From positions 7,639 to 71,638 of the forward strand of contig CANQIK010000002.1 of assembly GCA_947624085.1 (NCBI GenBank): a stretch of 64,000 bases of DNA. Direction: 5' to 3'. Shown one piece after another: positions 58,264-64,000 of this stretch; within the stretch, counting starts at the first letter, position 1; the number at the start of each line of letters is the position of its first letter. The translations under genes and the position numbers were made by a program. Under the pieces are notes generated by a model. The model was not told the DNA's origin. It did no database searches and saw nothing but the letters and a program-made list of their open reading frames with translations. Origin of the DNA: an uncultured Bacilli bacterium (GTDB lineage Bacteria; Bacillota_I; Bacilli_A; RF39; UBA660).

Positions 58264-61200
58264 ATGAAAAAAATCTTTAACAAATTTATTGCCTATATCT
58301 TATTATTGGCAATTACTATTTATAATTTTTCACCATTAATAGTTTATGCTGCTGAGCAAAATGAACAAGATATTACTACTGAGGTTTTAGAAGTAGGCGA
58401 TATAAAAGCCAAAGGTAATATCGAATTAGAGCTTTATTTTGCTTTCCCTATTCGTAATAATGGCGAAAATAATATTATTTTGACAGTTACTGACGAAAAG
58501 GGTAATGAGGCCCAAATTAAACTTGATGATATGCAAATTACTCAAGAGGGTATAAAGCAACCTACTGTCGATTTTAAAGACCAAGAGGGAAATATCGTCC
58601 AAAGTATAAGAACGACAATTACGAAACGGGATATAAGCGGTGGTCTTTTATCTGGTGAAGTAGAAAGTGAAGACATTTCTTATTATAGTATTAATTTATA
58701 TTCTTTAGATACTAGCACATATACATTAAAGTTAAGTGGTAAAAATTATGCTACTTATACTACTACGGTAACTCTTGAAAACTATTCGCAAAGAATAACT
58801 TTAGCTAATACCAAAGGGATGTTTACTATTGGGGATGTTACAAATGATGGTAAAGTAGATACTCAAGATGAAACGGCAATGATTACAGCTATTGAAAAAA
58901 ATGATTTAGCTTATGATTTAAACTTAGATAAAAAAGTAGATATAGCAGATTTAAATTATATTACTGCTGTCATAAATTCGGAAGAAAAACAAGCCCAAAT
59001 AAGTGATACAAGCATTATTTTAAATAATGATAATATTTCTTTAGGCTTAAATAATAATACCGCTATAGCGGAAGATAGTAGTATTGATAATCTATTTATA
59101 GATGATAAAACCGTTACTTTAAAAGCTAAAAATGAAGGTACTATTTCGGCTACTAATCCTATTGAACTTGATTTAGATTTAGGAAAAAATACGGATGATA
59201 CTGTCCAAATGAGTGAAGTAAGAATAGGAGTAGGCGATACCAATAAACCTACTAAACTGGAATTACTTGTTACGACTGATGAGGGAGATATCTTAAAATA
59301 TGAAGTTGATGATCCTAATCAAGGTATAAGTGATATCCATACTTTTACTGATGAAGCAAATGAAGATACAATTACGATAAATTTAGGTAAGCAAGTGGCT
59401 GTTAAAAAAGTAACTATCATTATCAAAGAAACATCATCTAATAATTTAGCAGATATTGCTAGTGTCGAATTTTTAAATAATGTTAAAGTAGAAGTTGAAG
59501 AACCCGAAGGTTTTTATACACCGTCAAATATTCATATTGATGATACCACAAGTGAACAATTAACAATAACTTTCCAAAATGTACCTAATGTAACCGGGTA
59601 TGAAATTAAGATAGTTGATCCAAGTAATAAAGAAACTATTTATGAGACAACTTATAATACTTTTACTATTGAAGATTTGAAAAACTATACAACTTATAAA
59701 ATTTATGTTCAATCCGTAAATGGTAAATGGCGAAGTGGTTGGAGTGATGCTCATGAAGGTACTCCTAAAGCTACAAGAAAACCCCCTAAGGTTGATATGG
59801 TAATAGCTACTCCAACTTATTCTGGAATTGATTTTAGTTGGAAAAAGATGGATGATACTTTATCTTATAAACTTTATTACCGTGAAGTAGGTACTGAGCA
59901 ATATAAAGTTATTGATGAGTTAGAGGTTAATAAATATTCTTTAAGGGGACTTAAAGCTTCTACTTCATATGAAGCATATGTTATAGGTGTCAATGAACTT
60001 GGTGAAAGTGATTCCTATACGCTTGTAACTGCTAAAACTTTAGAAGCGGGAGCAGCAATTGTTCCTAAATATAATTTAATTAACGGTGAAGTAAATTCTG
60101 AAGGGACTGCTACAACGCATATTAAAAATGTTTATTATAATGTTGGTAAAATGACTGATAATAATAAGTTTGCGATGGTAGATGATAATTATAATACTTA
60201 TTGGCAACTTGATGACTGGCAAATATCTTCAAATGTTAAATATAATGTTGGTACTCCGGTTATTGAATTAGATAAGAACTATGAAATGGATGAATTTGTC
60301 TTAACAGTACCTGATAATTATACTGGTTCTTTAAAACCGGGTGGTATTAATAGTAATGATGTTAAAGTTCATTATTGGGAAAATGAACAGCAAATATATG
60401 ATAATACAGGACGCCTTGAGACAAGAGGTACCATATCTACTAAAACGGATGAAAAAGGGCGTAAGTATTATGTATTAAAGCTTGAAGATCCTATTAATGC
60501 TAGAGCTATTGCTTTTGGCTTAACATCCGCTAATAACGTGCGTGATATTAGAATTGATGAAGTTAAATTTTATAAATATGATTCTTTAGTAGATGATGTT
60601 GCCAATCTTTTTGAAGATGATTTAAGATTAGTTCTTAAAGAAGAAGTAAATCAAGATAAGATAAATGAATTAAGGCAAAGAGCAGATGTTATGGATCATG
60701 GCGAATATTCTCCATATCGTGATAGTGTTCTTGCGGATTTAGACTACGCAGAAAAGATTTTAAATGATGAAGCAATCGATGATGTTATTACCTTAAATCC
60801 TAATATTTCTAATTCTTATAATGGCCATGTTAAATTTGCCATGACTATTAGTGATTATCAACCACTTGGCATTGTGGCAAGACCTGGTGAAAAACTTAAT
60901 GTATATATTGGCACAAAGGGAAATGTAAACGTCGAACTAGTCTTTACTCAATATCATGCCGAAGCTGGCACATGGAGTTCAACGGTTAGAAATCTAACAA
61001 AAGGCTTAAATATTATCGATGTTCCGACGATTGGTAGCTCGACAGATGAGCGAGGAGGAAGTGTATATATTCGTTATACATCAAAACCGGACGCTACCAA
61101 ACCAATTAAGGTTAGAGTAAGTGGGGGAACAAAAATCCCTATGGTGGATACGACACTACTAACTACTGATGATGAAAAGAAAAGTGCTATTAAAAAATAT

Positions 61201-63483
61201 ATTGAAACTCTTACTACTTATAATGCTTCACTAAATGAAAAATATAATAGTGAAGATAAGAGCTTTGATCCGAAAACTAGTGTATTAGGTTCAACCGAAA
61301 TTGTAACCGAATATGGTATTTTCTCAGTATCAAGTAAAGCTGTAGAAGATGCTTTAAATTCCAATTTAACTAATATTGAGGAAAAAACCAATCGTTTATA
61401 TGAGTCAATGGAAGCATTTGATGAGATGATGGAATTATTCTATCGCCAAAAAGGCTTCCTTGAAAAGCCTGAGAATGATACGGATATTATGCCTCGAGCA
61501 AGAATAAATATTCGTTATATGCAAATGTTTGATGGAGCATTTATGTATGCGGGTGGCTATCATGTTGGTATTGAATATGGCTCTATAGCAGGTCTTGTTC
61601 AAGCTAGCCGTAATACCGAAAATAAAACGGGATACTTTGGCTGGGGTATTAGTCATGAAGTAGGTCATCAAATAAATTTAAAAGATACTGTTTTTGCCGA
61701 AGTTACTAATAATATTTATGCTCTTCTTGCTCAAACAAGTAATGACCATGATCTTTCACGTCTTGAAACTCAAGGCTATGACAAGATTTATGATAAAGTT
61801 ACATCACATACGATGGGAAGAGCCCAAAATGTTTTTGTACAACTAGGTATGTATTGGCAATTACATCTTGCTTATGATAAGAATAAAACCTTTAATGATA
61901 CTGACTCTGTATATGCTAAAATAAATAGAATAGCTAGAACTTATAAAAATGAAAATCAATATTCAAGAGATGAATTAACGATTTTATATGCGTCTATGGC
62001 AACAGGTAAAGACCTAACTAATTTCTTTGCTACCTGGGGCTTAAAATCATCAGATAAACTAAAAGCTGAAATTGCTTCCTTGACTTTTGGGGAAGATAAT
62101 AAGCCTATCGAGCAAGAAACAAGAGCCATATATTATCTAAATGATAAAGCAAGACGTTATGCTTTAAATGGAGGTCAAGGTATTACACCGGGTGCAGAAA
62201 TTTTAAATGCTAAAATAGAAAATGTTGATGATAATAATAAACGCGTAACTTTATCATTTGATGTAAGCTCTAATAAAGATGATATTTTAGGATATGAAAT
62301 TCTTCGTAATGGTGTATCTATTGGCTTTGTTGAAAGTGATATAACTTCATTTACAGACAATGTAGGTGCTGAAAATAATCGCGCTTATACTTATTCGGTT
62401 GTAGCATATGATTATTTATTAAATAAAACAAATGAGGTAACTTTAGCTGAAGTTAAAGTATCTCATGATGGTAGTGTTAAAAAAGATAACTTTACAATAA
62501 CTGGCAACGTTAAAGAAGCTAATGAAATAGTAGATTATGAAGATGAAAAAATGGATTTCAAAAAGCTTCATATTAATAATTTAATTGATGGCGATATTAA
62601 AACGGGCTTTAAAGGCACTGAAAAGATAAATACTTTAAGTCAAGTTGATGATAAACCAGAATTAAAAGTTGATAATGGTAATGCTTATGTAATAATTAAT
62701 CTAAATAATGCGATGTCTATAAGTGGTATTAAATATCGGGCTTTAGTTGAAGATGATACTTTAGCGGAAAATACTATTAATGAATACAAGATTTATGTAA
62801 GTGCAGATGGCGAAACATGGACCCAAGTAAGAACAGGTAAATTTGGCTTAACTGCTGAAAATCCTGAAGCTACAGTTTATTTCATGGGTCAAGATAAAGA
62901 TAGTGAAACGCAATTATGGACATACAATGGTGTAGGCTATATTAAGCTTGAATCAGTAGGTAACGCTCAAGGTCTTTCCGGAGCTGAAATTGATGTTATT
63001 GCTCCTCCAGGAGACAATGTTGAAATTGAAGAAATTGAAGGTAAACCAAATATTGGCGTTCTTACTGAAGACTACTGCTACCTAGCCGAGGGCTGTGCTA
63101 ATAATAAAGAAGGACTAATTAAGAAAGGCTCTGTAGTTATTCAAGGTAAATATCGTGGTAATCCATCATTTAATAATGTTTTAATTGCTAATGGCTTTGA
63201 TGAGCAAAAAGTATATAGTGGTTATTTCTTAATCTTTGCTGAATTAAATAGTGATAATTCAGTTTATGAAGTAGCCGATGGTACATGGTTATATGTTATG
63301 ACTCGTGAAGAATATGAAAAAATGATTGCTGATACCAACTCTATTAGAGCATATTTATATCGCGTAAATAATGCCATCACTTTAGATGGTCAAAGATTAA
63401 CCAGTACTTCAAAAATTGTATTAGCTTTACCAAAATATGATCAATTACCTAAAATAAAAATTGATGATGAGAAAAAGAAATAG
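58264..63483 (+). CDS. Large secreted multidomain protein (1739 aa): dockerin-like repeats, FN3 domains and an M60-like/enhancin-type zinc metallopeptidase domain
   Basis: Signal peptide. Dockerin-like GDVTNDGKVDTQDE...DLNLDKKVDIADLNYI. FN3-like segments around 59480..60050. HEXXH in GWGISHEVGHQINL (about 61640). Confidence 0.7.
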   Translation: MKKIFNKFIAYILLLAITIYNFSPLIVYAAEQNEQDITTEVLEVGDIKAKGNIELELYFAFPIRNNGENNIILTVTDEKGNEAQIKLDDMQITQEGIKQPTVDFKDQEGNIVQSIRTTITKRDISGGLLSGEVESEDISYYSINLYSLDTSTYTLKLSGKNYATYTTTVTLENYSQRITLANTKGMFTIGDVTNDGKVDTQDETAMITAIEKNDLAYDLNLDKKVDIADLNYITAVINSEEKQAQISDTSIILNNDNISLGLNNNTAIAEDSSIDNLFIDDKTVTLKAKNEGTISATNPIELDLDLGKNTDDTVQMSEVRIGVGDTNKPTKLELLVTTDEGDILKYEVDDPNQGISDIHTFTDEANEDTITINLGKQVAVKKVTIIIKETSSNNLADIASVEFLNNVKVEVEEPEGFYTPSNIHIDDTTSEQLTITFQNVPNVTGYEIKIVDPSNKETIYETTYNTFTIEDLKNYTTYKIYVQSVNGKWRSGWSDAHEGTPKATRKPPKVDMVIATPTYSGIDFSWKKMDDTLSYKLYYREVGTEQYKVIDELEVNKYSLRGLKASTSYEAYVIGVNELGESDSYTLVTAKTLEAGAAIVPKYNLINGEVNSEGTATTHIKNVYYNVGKMTDNNKFAMVDDNYNTYWQLDDWQISSNVKYNVGTPVIELDKNYEMDEFVLTVPDNYTGSLKPGGINSNDVKVHYWENEQQIYDNTGRLETRGTISTKTDEKGRKYYVLKLEDPINARAIAFGLTSANNVRDIRIDEVKFYKYDSLVDDVANLFEDDLRLVLKEEVNQDKINELRQRADVMDHGEYSPYRDSVLADLDYAEKILNDEAIDDVITLNPNISNSYNGHVKFAMTISDYQPLGIVARPGEKLNVYIGTKGNVNVELVFTQYHAEAGTWSSTVRNLTKGLNIIDVPTIGSSTDERGGSVYIRYTSKPDATKPIKVRVSGGTKIPMVDTTLLTTDDEKKSAIKKYIETLTTYNASLNEKYNSEDKSFDPKTSVLGSTEIVTEYGIFSVSSKAVEDALNSNLTNIEEKTNRLYESMEAFDEMMELFYRQKGFLEKPENDTDIMPRARINIRYMQMFDGAFMYAGGYHVGIEYGSIAGLVQASRNTENKTGYFGWGISHEVGHQINLKDTVFAEVTNNIYALLAQTSNDHDLSRLETQGYDKIYDKVTSHTMGRAQNVFVQLGMYWQLHLAYDKNKTFNDTDSVYAKINRIARTYKNENQYSRDELTILYASMATGKDLTNFFATWGLKSSDKLKAEIASLTFGEDNKPIEQETRAIYYLNDKARRYALNGGQGITPGAEILNAKIENVDDNNKRVTLSFDVSSNKDDILGYEILRNGVSIGFVESDITSFTDNVGAENNRAYTYSVVAYDYLLNKTNEVTLAEVKVSHDGSVKKDNFTITGNVKEANEIVDYEDEKMDFKKLHINNLIDGDIKTGFKGTEKINTLSQVDDKPELKVDNGNAYVIINLNNAMSISGIKYRALVEDDTLAENTINEYKIYVSADGETWTQVRTGKFGLTAENPEATVYFMGQDKDSETQLWTYNGVGYIKLESVGNAQGLSGAEIDVIAPPGDNVEIEEIEGKPNIGVLTEDYCYLAEGCANNKEGLIKKGSVVIQGKYRGNPSFNNVLIANGFDEQKVYSGYFLIFAELNSDNSVYEVADGTWLYVMTREEYEKMIADTNSIRAYLYRVNNAITLDGQRLTSTSKIVLALPKYDQLPKIKIDDEKKK

Positions 63484-63495
63484 AGGTGATTAGAA

Positions 63496-64000
63496 TGCGA
63501 AAATATGTAACGGCGATTGCTTTAATAATCGCTTCTATTGTTATTTCAATAACGTCAGTTAAAGCTTCAACCAAATTAGTATTTAGTGAAGTTAGTAATG
63601 GCAACATTAATACTACTCTTAATTTTGAAGCAGGTTTTATTGGCGGTATTGATCTTAAATTACAGCTAAAGGGTAATGTTGAATATAAAGATTTTAAATT
63701 AAATAATAATATAACTGATAAAAAATATACTACAAGTATAAAATATGATTCAAATACTAAGATAGTTAATATCCTAATTGTAACAGGAGGAGTAGGTACA
63801 AGCTATAATTTACTTAATAGTAAAAGAGAATTAGCCCTTGGCACTTTAGTTGTTGAGGCTAATTCTCAAAATAATATTGAGTATAGTATCGATTGTAGTG
63901 CCTTAACTATTTTAGATAACGCTTGGAAATCATCCCAAATAGAGCCGGAAGAAGTTAATAATAAGTTAACATATAAAGTTCAAAAAGAAGATAGTAATGA
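63496..64000 (+). CDS. Secreted protein (partial; runs off the window end); possible cohesin-like partner
   Basis: Signal peptide MRKYVTAIALIIASIVISITSVKAS. Beta-rich sequence. RBS tagaggtgatt. Confidence 0.45.

Noticed and set aside
1-64000. Searched for CRISPR arrays, reverse transcriptase/DGR elements and retron-like structures
   Set aside because: No regularly spaced direct repeats, no RT motif (YxDD) in any ORF, and no template/variable repeat pair were found.

Overview
This window is a low-GC (about 30% GC) Firmicutes/Clostridia-like chromosomal segment dominated by a roughly 38 kb temperate prophage. A partial radical-SAM gene (1..891, minus strand) is followed by tRNA-Thr(CGT), into whose 3' end the prophage is integrated. 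The prophage runs from 1020 to 39272 and is bounded by a perfect 21-bp direct repeat: attL at 1020..1040, attR at 39252..39272. It is organised as a lysogeny module (integrase, ImmA-like peptidase, cI/Cro pair, Xis-like), a replication/recombination module (DnaD-like, ERF, RecB-family nuclease, two SSBs), a long run of small early genes with three tandem paralog pairs, a packaging and head module (terS, terL, portal, scaffold, capsid), a 2537-aa giant protein with two zincin HExxH motifs, tail fibres, a three-paralog cassette in which two copies are interrupted by poly-G tracts (G8 and G6; both would read through at G7), a holin, an amidase endolysin and an HNH endonuclease. Downstream host DNA carries an NrtR-like Nudix regulator, an 874-aa HD-phosphohydrolase/P-loop kinase fusion and an NT5C-type deoxyribonucleotidase, which I flag as a candidate nucleotide-pool defence or salvage island beside attR. 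Further downstream are a Zn-ADH, four tandem small helical proteins of unknown function, and rlmB-sigH-tRNA-His. A roughly 5.5 kb insertion follows (GtrA, rRNA methyltransferase, RluA, XRE membrane protein, tRNA-Asn, an orphan Clp D1-like AAA ATPase), then secE-nusG, a TtcA-like PP-loop ATPase, a lipoprotein, a 1739-aa dockerin/FN3/M60-like surface metalloprotease and a partial secreted protein. All calls come from reading the sequence and recognising motifs; no database search was possible.
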